This document shows positions 1 through 12,168 of a stretch of DNA of 64,000 nucleotides, in pieces. The DNA comes from Folioceros fuciformis. Its lineage: Eukaryota. The stretch is taken from the NCBI GenBank assembly GCA_049999805.1, contig JBNGIO010006283.1:1-64000 (forward strand), read 5' to 3'. The translations under genes were made by a program, and so were the position numbers. Position 1 is the stretch's first letter; every line of letters begins with the position of its first letter. The notes below the pieces were generated by a model, which ran no database searches, had not been told where the DNA came from, and worked only from the letters and a program-made list of their open reading frames with translations.

Positions 1-443
1 ACTCTAAAACCAAGAATAGCTACTTGATAAAATTTTAAACTTATTTTAGATTACCTTCCAATAAATTTTTATTAAATATATAAATTATATCCCTTTGAAA
101 CATAGTAAATGCAAGCGGGGATGAGGACAAGGTACGTCGGGGAAAATCACTCATGAAAGAGGGGAATTACCCAGGCTATGTCCCATATAAAGAATAAGAC
201 ATGCATGGATAGGAATAAGTAGACATCCATGGTGCGTGAGACCTTGCCGCAAAAGAGTCCACCCAGGACTTGAGACAAATATACAACTAAATATGTGTCA
301 TCAATCCGGACGCCAATCTGACAGCAAAACTGTTCCACAAGTTTGACTTGGAACTGGAGCTGCAGATTTCGAACCTGAAGGATGCCACCACGATGTGCTG
401 CGCCTGACCCGTTTTGAATAGAACCCCGAAATTTGTCCAAAAG

Positions 444-2659
444 TCATGAACTGCTGAAGTTCAGTCTTCTCGTGGCTTCTTCCCGATTATATTTTTTCCT
501 CAACGTGTGCGCTTCTTTCTTGTGATCCTTAAATAAGTCTAACAAATCATTTGCAAGTTTGAAATCCTTCATCTGTGGTAGAACCCATCGTAGCGATCGG
601 TGTTGCTGGGTTGCGATGGCACCAGTCGCTCGTTCCTGAAAAGAACATAGCAGGGTGAGATGAACTGTCTAAACCTGAGTTTGCACCCGGCGATGCCCAT
701 GGAAGTCCAATCTTAGGCCGAGAAAAACGTCATGAGCGGATCTTACAATGCCCTCCTGTGCTCGTCCCTTAATACAGTTCCCCCTTGCCGTGTACGCTAT
801 CAATTCTCTTTCCTCAGCCGTATCTCTAGCCAAGGTAACCAACCATGGCCTGCCAAGATACAGGACGCAAAAACACCATCCGCAAAGATTAGAAATGAAC
901 CACAAGCGGCCGCTACACATTTCATACACTTGTGGATGCCCATTGAGTCAAGGGATTGATACCTTTGTTGGTTGGAGGTAACAAGACAATTACCATTCAA
1001 CAAGTTAAGAGCAGTTCCTGCAGATGCTGAGTCTTTGAAAAACGCAAACCCAAACGTGCCTGGCTCAGTTTCTCCACCACTGGGCGACAAGATGACAGTG
1101 ATCAGGTCCTGGATCATGGAGCTTAGAAATTTGGTTGCCTCCCGCGGATCCAATGCCTTCTCCACATTTTCAATCCGAAGCACGCTATTAGTGGGCCATA
1201 CACCAGAGCAGACACTTTCTTTAGTAGCGACTTCCTCTTTCAATTGTGATCCATCGCATGCAGGCTGCGGTTGTGAGCAGCCACTCTCAGGTTTTGTACT
1301 TGAATTCTTCACCTGAGGACTTCTCTGTGTTCGACTCTCCTCATCCTCATCATCCGAAAGCAGCACAACATACTCTTCGGCAACCTCATCAGGCTCAGGC
1401 ACCGGGCCAATTGGCACAGCACGACCCTCAACAACTGGCGTGTCTACGGCAAACCCTTCCACCTCTAACAAACTTTCTTGAAAATCTTCTACTCCTTTAA
1501 CTGGCAACTCTGCTGGAAACTCTGTGTCCACTGTTAGAGAATTGTGTTGGAGGGAGAGTGTTTGAAGCTACACAAAATGTTCTGAGTTGAAGACTTACCA
1601 GGTGGTGGTGTGTTGAAACCAAGAGTTCGCCCTTCCATACCATTGGCCTTGCTCTGTGGCAAGGCTCGGGAACCTTGCGCAACTTCATCACCCTTCGACG
1701 ACACTCTTTGAGTGCTTGGTGTCTTGGCCTCAGGCTCCTTCGCAGGAGAGACTTTCATCTTCTTCAGAACTGGGCGCTTGCCTTTGGAAGCAGTGTCACT
1801 ACCACTTTGCCAATCTGGTGAACCAGCACAGACGTCATCACAAACCTCATTGATTGTTGAATTGATCTCCTTTTCTGTCATCCGTGCCGCTGGGGTTGTT
1901 TGCCATGCATTGTTTTCCTTACCCCCCTGGCCCTCTACAGCAGCTCCTGTTGCAGGTTCATCACCTTCCGGAGATGCAGCCTTGCCCAAACTTTTGCCAG
2001 CCCTGCGATTGTAGGCTCTTCTTTTCCCACCAGTGCTCACGCTCTTGTTTTTCGGCGCGGTGGTGGTGCCTCGATTAACAACTAGCTTGAAAAACGCCGC
2101 CAGCTGAAGGTGCTCTTCTGCATTTCTGTCCGACAGCACGGTAATGGCTGCACAATCCACTCCCTCCTCCTTCCCTTTCATCGGGCCCCCATCCCATTTG
2201 ATTGTGAACTTACATCGACATTCTTCATTTTCAGCGCCTACTCGTAGATGCTCATGCTTCTCGATCTGTGTCATGACACATACATGAGTCTGCCAGCAAA
2301 GCAACCAGCACCCAAGACAGCAAACCAAAATCTAAAACACTTATTACCTTCCGAACTTCAGCATCGAAGTATTTCTTCTCGTCATCATCAAGTTCCTTTA
2401 AAGCACAGACATGTAATCCCACACTGAGGTCACCACAACGTGCATCCTGGAGCTGTTCCGAAGTGATGCGCACCTTGTTGCTCACGTCTTCACGACTTGT
2501 GAATTCACTCAAGTCCCACGTCTCATCCTCTTCCGAGTCGTAATCTGTAAAGTGAACATGCACTTTGGTCCTCGTAAACTTGAGACTGCAGGGGTACCAT
2601 GCGTCGTCGTGAGACTTGGCCTCAATTGTTACCTCCTCCGCAGGTTCTCCATCAGCCAT
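444..2659 (-). CDS. SAWADEE-domain protein with disordered middle and C-terminal RRM-like (ASI1/AIPP1-like) region
   Basis: Five exons join in frame with GT-AG boundaries: 2659-2348, 2265-1599, 1530-963, 849-747, 635-444. The N-terminus (EAKSHDDAWY...VHFTDYDSEEDE...VRITSEQLQDARC...YFDAEV...CRCKFTIKW) fits SAWADEE. The C-terminus (LRIENVEKALDP...FGFAFFKD...RPWLVT...DFKLANDLLDLF) is RRM-like. Confidence 0.8.
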
Positions 2660-3255
2660 ATTTCCTGATGACAAGGATGCCCTCTTACAACACGGTCCCA
2701 ACACAAGCAAGAGACTGACTCTCCCTCTCTCTCGTCGTCTAAACCCACACCCGGTCCGGCCCCCTAAGGGCAAGGCAATAGGCGGAATCTGGAAAGGCCG
2801 CCTGGAACCCGAACAGTCTCGACGCCAGCATTAATCGCCAGTATGAACTCACACAGTGACGAGGCATCGACGTAGCACATCCCAGCTGCAGCTAATCGGC
2901 ACCAAAAACAACAAGCACACAGACAAGAGTTGCCTGGATTTCCCTGAGTCTCCCCGCAATTCCATCCCCAATCCTACCCTAGCAACCGCAGTCTGACAGC
3001 TCCAAGCTGCAGGTCGCAGCTGCCTTCCCATTCAATTCATACGCACACCGTGCATAGCTTCCCACGCACCACCCTACGGACCCGGCGTAATAACACGCTC
3101 TTTGTCAGCCAGTTCACCATGTAACACAACACAGAGACGCGTATGAACGTTAAAGTAAATAAGTAAAGCCCGACCGTTAGCAGCCTTCGAGACCTGTAGG
3201 TCTACTACGGAATCACGAGCACTAGCACGCCGGCCGTTACACATAGTCGCTCCAG

Positions 3256-4150
3256 GTGCAGCCAGTGAAAGCAGCAGTGATGTCGTTTGTCACCAGGAGC
3301 AGGGGCATTTGCGGTAACAGAGTTTTGAAGATCCTTCCAGGTGGTGGGACAAGGGACGACACCTACAAAGCTCCCGGTTCCCTCACTCCCGGCGTAAGGA
3401 GCTGCTCATCAACCCAAGCTTGCTTCAAGCCAGCTCGGGTTGATGACCTACTCCTTTCATTGGATAAGCAGACGGATTCGGGTGCCCTCTCCTTGCATGT
3501 CCATCAGGATCAGACATGGGACTCCCACGGTCTGGGAGCGTGAGGATGTTATGTCAGTATGGGGAAGATCTCTGAGGCCAGTGGAGCCCTAGAATCTCTG
3601 GCAACGATAGACTCTGCTGCTGTTTCTCACTCTCTGTTTTGCACTGAGAGTCCATGATCGCACCGTGGGACTTGGGGAATAGCCGACTGGGAAGCTGGGG
3701 AACCATGTATTGCGAATGTCTGCAGGTCAAGGTACGCTGCAGGAGACATGGATGTGCGCACCAGGTTGGCCAACCGAATGACTTTTGCATGATCTCTGCA
3801 AATGGGCAGAAGAGCCTGGTTTGGGCTAATCTGTTAATTTTGCTTGGCTTCTGGAGGCATCTGCCAGCACTAGTGCCTTGCAGGAGGACAGGCAGCTCCG
3901 ACTCACCGCTTGTAGAAAGAGGACTGATTCAGGACATACTCGTGGGTGCCTGCCGGGTGGACATCTGTGCCAAATGTTGTGAACTGAAAGATGCGCACAG
4001 GGTTTTGAAAGCTTGGCCAGAAAGCATGTGGTGACATGGAATGCCCTGATTGCTAAATATGCTGCTTGCCGTGATGGTCACAGTGCACTACTAGGTTGTG
4101 TTGAGGAGATGATAGTTACTACCAGAGCATGAGTCCACATGTGATGCGAC
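3256..4150 (+). pseudogene. Decayed PLS-class PPR gene remnant
   Basis: Fragments LVERGLIQDILVGACRVDICAKCCELKDAHRVLKAWPE and, after a frameshift near 4030, TWNALIAKYA match the PPR S/P consensus (LVDMYAKCGxLxDAxxVF...VVTWNALIAGY). The reading is broken by stops and frameshifts. Confidence 0.6.
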
Positions 4151-4932
4151 CATCAGCATGGTAGAAACATGAGGGAGAAGCATCAGCACGAGCGTCCAGG
4201 AGCTTGAGCTTGCGTCTTTGAGTTGACGAGGGTGCCAACGAATTCTCACGGGCAAACATCACAGCCTATGGTCATGAATATTCCGGCGTGAGAGAATTCT
4301 GGCCAGTTCAGTTTTATCAGTCCGTGATTTTTCAGTTCACGGATATATCGGTGAACTCCATTGAACAATAAAGGACGTCACGGGACTTCCGATTCTTTGA
4401 ACTACACGATCAGTACTTTAGACATACATATGTCTGTACTTGACCTTCAAAGGTGAACGTCCACTCCCAGATTCTGACCCAATGCGCCTCCCAGATTTGA
4501 CGTTAGCGGTTGTCACGTTCATGGTGTTGTGCATTTTCAAATATTTCAGTCCTGTATGAAGTAGACGTCAAAAATGATAGTGGAGTCTGTATCTCTTGTG
4601 TGTCATGAAACATATCTGGGTGTCGACTGAGGCACAAACCACGAAGCTCTCCGTTGTGAGTGCAAAGAGTGCCAGTGGTCCTGCGAATTTCGTGTGCCAC
4701 TTACCACGAGCGAGTACTCCACGGCCTGTTCAGTCACCAGTTGACTGTTGTCTTCCTGGAAACATGAAGCGCAGTTGTTTCAGCCATATTTTCTGCAATT
4801 TCACACCATCCAACTAATCTCCCATGCAGACTAGAGTATCGAAGTAGCAGGCGGGAGAATGAGTGAAAAACGTGGTGTAGGAGAAAAGACTCAGATTACA
4901 GGTTGACAGGGGAGAGGTGGCTCCTACATGTC

Positions 4933-6963
4933 CTAGGTCATCTTCAATCCACAGGTATACGTGAGCATGTCAGTCACATGAGGCTCTTCCAGCCAGTGAA
5001 GAACAGCTTTGCCTCGGGCCACGAATCCACTGTGATCGGTGTCCATGCTGAAAGGAGAACTCAGAGAAGCCAACATGTCGGCCACAGCGATTTCCGTGGG
5101 TGATAATTCTGGCCTGGTTTGCGACTGCACAGGAAATCCTGTGATAATACGAAACCAGTCAGGAATGTCGGCCCGGACACCCCAGTATGACTTCTTGAAC
5201 ATCAACAGCGACTTGGTCAGACCCACCAAGGCTGTCCCTGGCCGCATCTCCTGCAGATTCAGACTGCAGACAGGATAACTGAAATCCGCTACTAAATAAC
5301 CCAAGAACATCTGTCCTACAGCCATGTCCCATACACAGCTCGCCTGCTGCCTGTGGCCCATCTTGTACATCAAATTCATCAGCTCATTCGCAAATATCTG
5401 TTTAACACGCCTGCTACCATTTGACTTGATGAAGAAACTTGAAAACCAAGCACTGATAAACTGCAGGTCATTGTTTCTGTCAGACAACACGGACAGTAGC
5501 TCCGCCATAGAGTTGTCCGTGAGGCCAATCATAATCCTGTGAACATCTGCTTCATGTTTCTCGCACTCTGACAAGCTATGCAGGATGAGCGAAGAAGTTC
5601 GAAGAGAGGGTGACAGACCCCACTGAGGTAAACGCTCGAGAACCTGCTTTGCTTCTTTGAATAACTTCTTATTCAAATACATGGCCACCAATGTGTTGGC
5701 GATCTCTAAAGTCGGAGGTATACCTGCTGCTGTCATTCTTTCAAACCACTGAAGGCATCTTTCTACGTTGCCAACTCTAGCATATGCTTGCATAAGACTG
5801 TTGACAGAGGTCCAATCCATCTTCAGTTCATTGCCCAGGAACAGCTTCTCAGCAGCCTCTAGGTTGCCACTCTGCACCAGTGCTTGCATCATGATATTTC
5901 GGACAATTTCGTTAGGAAGGAATCCAGCTTCCTTCATGTTCTTGTTCAGCTCCAAGCACGCTTCACCATCACCTGCTTTCGCATGAATGTCCATGAGGAT
6001 GCCATAAGTAAACTTGTCTGGACGAATACCTTTACATTTCATCTCCTCCCATCTCTGTAGAGCACCCTGCCGATCCCCTAATTTCCCTAGCGCGAGGAGC
6101 AAAGCATTATATGTTACAGTGTCAGGAACAATGCCAGATTGCACCATTTGGTCAAACATCTTGATGGCCTCCTTAGGGCATCCTTGCTTGGCATACATGG
6201 TGAGCATGACTGTGAAGCTGATTCTGTCAGGCTGGCAGCCGTATTGCTTCATATTGAAGAACAGGTCAGACGCGTCAGCCACCATGCCCGCTCTGGCAAG
6301 GCTACCAATGACAGTGGTGATTGAGCAGTTGTCCATCTCGCAGCCTTGTGAACGCATCTCCTGCATTAGCTCCTTCACAGCGTCCAGTTTCATGGCCTCC
6401 CCGAAAATCTTCATCATGACAGTATACGAAAAGCGGTCATGCTTGCAGCCTGCCTCTGCTGCGGCCCAGCGAAAAAAGTTGTAGGCCACAACGGGATCCC
6501 TGATCTGCCTCAGCACCATGACCACCTGGTAGGAGACAAGTTGCAGCTGCCATCTTCTCAGTTCTGCCACCGTCTCATGAGACCAACCCCATCCCCCCAG
6601 CAAGTCAGCAATGCCGTAAACTAGTCTCGCTTTCCGGATCTCCCCACCGGCCCTTCTCTGCCCAATCTGGCTCACCCCATTCTGTCCTTCTGCAACACTA
6701 CCTGCCACCGAGTAATTCCTCGCTTGTCCTCGCCCACGTACGTCGTCACAAGATCTCGCCGCTGAATTCAGCCACCATCTGGTATGAAGGAAGCAAGGAT
6801 TCAAACTCCAGCCTGCTCCCAGAGCACCATCCCACTTGTCTACAGTTGCCCCGCAGCAGCTGCTGCTGCTGCTGCTGCTGCTGTGCAGTGCCCCTGTCGG
6901 CCTCAGCCATTCCCCCACTTCCTGAACATGCCACCGCCCGCCCCTCACCACCCTCCCTATCAT
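4933..6963 (-). CDS. P-class PPR protein with C-terminal SMR domain
   Basis: Intronless 676-aa ORF with about 8 P-type repeats (PDRISFTVML, PDTVTYNALL, PDKFTYGILM). The C-terminus LNLQEMRPGTALVGL...RIITG...LSSPF...GFVARGKAVLHWL is typical of PPR-SMR proteins. The N-terminus is transit-like and contains poly-Ser from a trinucleotide run. Confidence 0.92.
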   Translation of the reverse strand: MIGRVVRGGRWHVQEVGEWLRPTGALHSSSSSSSSCCGATVDKWDGALGAGWSLNPCFLHTRWWLNSAARSCDDVRGRGQARNYSVAGSVAEGQNGVSQIGQRRAGGEIRKARLVYGIADLLGGWGWSHETVAELRRWQLQLVSYQVVMVLRQIRDPVVAYNFFRWAAAEAGCKHDRFSYTVMMKIFGEAMKLDAVKELMQEMRSQGCEMDNCSITTVIGSLARAGMVADASDLFFNMKQYGCQPDRISFTVMLTMYAKQGCPKEAIKMFDQMVQSGIVPDTVTYNALLLALGKLGDRQGALQRWEEMKCKGIRPDKFTYGILMDIHAKAGDGEACLELNKNMKEAGFLPNEIVRNIMMQALVQSGNLEAAEKLFLGNELKMDWTSVNSLMQAYARVGNVERCLQWFERMTAAGIPPTLEIANTLVAMYLNKKLFKEAKQVLERLPQWGLSPSLRTSSLILHSLSECEKHEADVHRIMIGLTDNSMAELLSVLSDRNNDLQFISAWFSSFFIKSNGSRRVKQIFANELMNLMYKMGHRQQASCVWDMAVGQMFLGYLVADFSYPVCSLNLQEMRPGTALVGLTKSLLMFKKSYWGVRADIPDWFRIITGFPVQSQTRPELSPTEIAVADMLASLSSPFSMDTDHSGFVARGKAVLHWLEEPHVTDMLTYTCGLKMT

Positions 6964-8724
6964 CTCACCATACGTCGTCGGCCAGCGTCACGGCCTCGAA
7001 AGTCCGAAGCCGGAGCAATGCAAGAAATACAGACATTCTGTGCGACCCATCGCAGGCCTCGCAACCGTTGCGCTTCGTAGCTCTTTGCAGCCTTGCCAGA
7101 CGTCGCAGTTGTCCGCTGATGCGCATACAGCTGGGCTTTGTGAAGATAAGCTCAAGTCATTTTGGTACAGCGATAAGAGTGAGTGTCGAAATAACAGTGC
7201 GACCTCAGTCCTCCTCCTTGCGATGCTGCAAGGACAAGAGGGACAAGTGGCGTCACCAGCGGGCAACGGTGTTCAGCGGACAAAATCCAGACACTGCACA
7301 ACCACGACAAGTTGAGAGTAGCTCTTCCACAGCAAAAACGCTGATCCTCTATCCTGCGCATGAACAGGAAATCCCCTTGCTTTGAAAAATCAGCGGCGCC
7401 GTCCAGCCTTTACTGGATGCTGGCAAGACAGCACAAAGAAAAGTCTCGGGATGGATTGCACTTTGTTCTCGGACGCTAGGCCAGAGAATTTCCGGTTGTT
7501 CACAGCGTCTCCATGGAAATGGCTGTCCATTACAGGACAATTGCCTCCTAGATTCAGCCCATTCTAAGCAGGAAGGAAAAAAAAATGTCGTTCATCACAA
7601 GACAGTCCTCCACTTTGTGGAATCGAAGATGTCTTGCAGTCTGTGGTGGAGGCTGGCAAGCATAGCACGGACGGAAAAGCATCCAGAATGCAACTTTTCT
7701 TCACGGCGCCAGGGCGGAGAATTCCGCTGATTGTTTGTTCACAAGGTAATCAGGTGACAAGGAAGTCCTTGTGCTTGACAGAACGGCTACCTGTTAGCTT
7801 AGGCTGATCTCCTGGCCAAGGAAGAAAATGTCCTCCGGTGCAGACGATTTGTTACTTTTAAGGTCACTTACTCTAGTGACAAAAGGTAGGTAGGTGGTCA
7901 TGTTGATCGCCACCTTGTTGTTGGAGCTGAAAGGGACTGAACAAACCTTTTACTGTTCAGCTCGGTGACTGCTTTCGTCAGAGACCTAGCATGCATTTGT
8001 TTGGGTTGTGAGGGACATGATTACGATGGCAAGGTTGATAACTCTGTTCTCAGATCAGAGTCTTTGCATCGAGTGCAGCCTGAACATTGCAGATAGAAGG
8101 TCGTGACGTATTGGAAGTGTAGGTTGTGCGGAGCAAGCCGGTGATGCTCCTAACCATGCAGAGCTAGAGGTTCTGCGCAAGCATTTGAATCGCTTTGACC
8201 GAAGATCTTTCAGGTCAGTAACGTAGTCTTGGTGGTGTATCTGCTCTATAACACACGCTTTGTTATGTGTTGGTTGTCCCTGATCTACTCTCTTTTGTTG
8301 CGATTCTGGCACTGGTTTGTTTCTTTGCACTGGTGTGTCTGTTGCAAGTCATTTCGATTCTCGTCACCTATGCATAGAGACGAATCACATTACAAACATG
8401 CATGTGTGCAAGAGCATTTCCTTGGAGTGAATCCCACAGAAAGATACCGATCGAGGGCAAATAGAAGTGAGGTTTTTTCTACAAATACATATATGTAGGT
8501 AGATAGTACACACTTCACTTCCATGTGTATCAGAAGCGGCTTGGCAACCTGTTTTTACTTCAATTTCGAGGATGCCCTATAAGAGAAGATTCTCTGGCAG
8601 TCTTCACGCGCTTGATACGATTATGTAGTTGAACTTTCAGCGCTGCCTTCTTCCCTGTGTGATTTGCGATCTGGGTGGGTGAGGCTGGAAGCCAGCTGCG
8701 ATTTGGCTCCAATTCTGGACCAGG

Positions 8725-10043
8725 ATGGCCAGCCTCGTCCTCAAAATCAGGAGTCAAGGGTTGGAAATGTGGAATTCAGTCCGCAATATCAACTGGAGGC
8801 ACACGACATTGCAGCTTATCAGCTTAGGTGAGGTGGAGCTCGACCGGATGCTGTGGATTGCAGGAGCCAAGACGTATACACGGAAAATTTGGACTTCTGG
8901 AGTCTGTCTCTCGCAGCAGAGCTGGACGTCCCCGTTGTCGTTGGGTTACTGTTAAGATTTGCGGCTTACGGAGTACGATTTTTGGATGCAGCCATGATTG
9001 TAACATCCGCTTTGATCATCTGGAAAGGGTTGATGTGCGTTACGGGTAGTGAGTCACCTGTAGTCGTAGTGCTCTCCGGTAGTATGGAGCCGGGCTTCAG
9101 GAGGGTAGGTTCTCGTTGCTGCGCATTGTAGGTGTTGCCTGCATGTCTCCTTTACCTGGGTAGGGTTGCTTGTGATGGTGTACAGTTGTGCTCTAAGCGT
9201 GGGTATCTCAACCTCGAGGTGTCTGGTGCCAGGGCGATATTTTGTTTCTGCGAATGAGTGATGCCCCGATTCGGGCAGGGGAGATCGTGGTTTTCAACAT
9301 TGATGTATGGCCTGACCGGAAGCCTTCTGACTAGTTTGGCAGTCCTGTGGAATTTTTGAGGGTTTCGGTGTTGACGGCAACTCCATGGTCCTCATTGTCT
9401 GCACCTTTGTTTTCCCAGGGACGGGAGATCCCTATAGTTCATCGAGTAATAAAGGTAAGAGAAAGTCAGATCGTCATCAGGTGGGCTTGATTTGATTGTG
9501 AAGACCGCTCCACTGTAGTGCTTAGCCCTTTCCACTTCGGTTTGCAGGTCCACGAAGACGAGAACCTGGAGGTGGATGTCCTGACCAAAGGTATGGGGAC
9601 TCTCCTCGGTGGAAGTGAATTGACGAAGAGGGTTGTAGCGTACTGGTGCTTTTCTATGTTTGTTTGCAGGAGACAACAATGCAGGAGATGATAGGCTCTT
9701 GTACGCTCGAGGCCAGATGTGGCTGCAACGGCATCATATCATGGGTCGTGCTGTCGGGTAATTTCGCAACTCGGATGTCAGTCAGCGTTTTGAGTTGCAC
9801 ATAAAATTGTCAGTGCCTTGCCCCTTACTGGTTCCCGCAAATCAATCTTGTTCACAGATTCCTGCCTTATGTTGGTTGGGTGACAATCATCATGACTGAG
9901 AAGCCCTACATCAAGGTCTGCCTTCCATCACGCCTAGCTTCACCTTTACTATTGCTACAGATTTCTTATAATTTTTCGTGTTGAATTTGCAGTATCTCCT
10001 TATTGTTGCCCTGGGACTGCTGGTTCTCACGTCCAAAGAGTGA
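8725..10043 (+). CDS. SEC11: Signal peptidase complex catalytic subunit SEC11
   Basis: Eight exons: 8725-8827, 8992-9104, 9233-9304, 9419-9454, 9548-9590, 9670-9757, 9858-9915, 9993-10043. Motifs [32 protein letters not shown] and [10 protein letters not shown] are present. The start could instead be the ATG at 8768. Confidence 0.95.
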
Positions 10044-12168
10044 ATGAATGTCTTTTGCCCGTAAGATCCAAAACGAGTTTGATGGACCTACCAAAAGGTC
10101 TCGGGAAGGACTAGTGTGGCGGTGCTATCCATGGTTTGGGTCGAGGTATGCGAACCATTTTTGATCGAACCAGGGAAAGCCGCAATTTTATAGGAGATGA
10201 ATCCCTTGTTCAGTGACCTGTGTAACAGTATAACATTCGACTTGATAATCAATGGCACTGTTTTGGCGTATCCGACGAGGGCCACGTACAGCCGGATCCT
10301 CTCCCGTCTTGTGAGTCGTCCCGGGGTTACTCTGTCTGGCAGTCCTGTGGGATAAGTTTTGGCTTCTGTGTGGCTGGGAAGCCTGGGAAAAGTTCCTATT
10401 TCAGACAATGGGGCCTCGAAAATAGGTGAAAGGCGAAGGGCCTCCTCGGAAAGGACTGGGTTTCGGTAGTATGTTGAACGGGGACACACGACGTTACCGG
10501 ACAGCAAATTACAAGCTCCTTTGTTTACTGAAAGGTACACCATCGAATAACAAACTAGTGCAACCCAGCAAAGACCGTACTGCCCCTCCCCCAACCCACC
10601 CAAGCTTGCAATTCAGCAACCACGATGTCACGTATCCCTTGCTTCACAAGAGAAGATGCGCCCAGAACAGTGGGGGGCAATCTGGTACTCTGACATGAAG
10701 ACCAACTCTTGACCACGCAAGCAAGAAGCCATACACAATTCAGAACACAAAAGTGAGTCCGTAATCTCTACACCCGCTTCCACCATACCATACAACCCAA
10801 CCCACAATACTACACTTACATACCTACAAAGAAATCTGCCCTACAGGACGGCACTAATCCAGGCTGCTGCCAGCTTCTTCATCACAGAACTTGAGAAACG
10901 CTTGGAAATGATTCTCAACAGCGCCGGTGTAGTGCAAGCTGTGATTAGCCAAAAACAACCGGCACAAACCTAGGAAGGCCCTGCAATATCATGCAAAACT
11001 GGGCTACCCCCTGCAGACAGTGAAGGGCTTGCACCACACTCAAACATGTATTAGCTGCTAGTAACCCACCAGGCTCCTCCCGGCATCAGGGTACCCAACG
11101 CAATAGAACACGCACCACAACAGAACACAATCTTAAATACAAACCCCGTAGGTAAGACTCCCACTACCATGGGACTCAACAGGTACGGTTCCAGCCATTT
11201 GCACTGAAATTACATACATCCACTTATCCTGTGTCTATGTGCACGGTCATCAGTTCAAACATGGTATTCTACTTTGTGAGAGATGCATAGCCCTTGGCGT
11301 GGAAGTCACAACCTCTAGAATCAGACATCCATCATGCAAACAAATCCCATGATATGCACAAGCAGCGAAAATGGCGATAACAAACGACCAATATACACCC
11401 GTCATAACCAGCCCAGCCTTATGAAAACACACGTCGACATTGCGCATCTACCGACTCACATGCCAGACCAGGCACCGTTGTTGAGCGTTGCAAAAGCATG
11501 TCTTGAAGTGGGTGATCCAACGACTGTCCTAAACCAAGTCGAATGAAGGGCAAACAATCTCACGAACAGAAGGCAAACTCTCCCGCCAGAATGTTGTGAA
11601 GCATCCCAAGGACTGTGCTCATTCTAGAACTAGCCAGCACACCTATCCTGAGTGTCTCTCCATGGGCACCAGCACAAACGCTAAGCTGGAGGGCTGTGAT
11701 TGTCTGACGCATAAGGCGACAAGAACCAAGTAACCGCGCCCTTGACAGTAACGCCAATCCATGCGACCAGTAGCTAATTTCCAGGGCAGGGCCCTGCTGC
11801 AACTTGACCGGGAGACGACAGCAAGGTACAACGAAGACGGCCGCAACATGACACCTCAACTGACTCCAGACCCACACCAGGGCACATTGGGCACGTCGAC
11901 AACTCTGACCTCCAACATCAAAGTGCGACAAGGCACTCACTGGAACAGTGGCAGAAGGACAAAAATCAATCAAATGCTCTTAGAATGCAGGTAGCAAGAA
12001 GGAAATAAGCAACGCACGACATCTACAATGCAGCTTATGTGAATTACGATTTAAGAGATCACGTGCATCTGATAACTTGCAAGCAGACTGACCAGAACTT
12101 ATACAACTTCCAACATCTACCAACCAGATAAGTAGACAGGTCACAAAAATTACCTTGATGGCGCACAA

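Noticed and set aside
6990..8700. Short ORFs between PPR-SMR and SEC11
   Set aside because: No recognisable domain or consistent exon chain; the region may be decayed or UTR sequence.
10370..10490. RNase MRP/P RNA-like motifs (GGGAAAAGTTCC ... AACGGGGAC)
   Set aside because: The two segments cannot form the P4 helix, and I saw no clear snRNA-type promoter.
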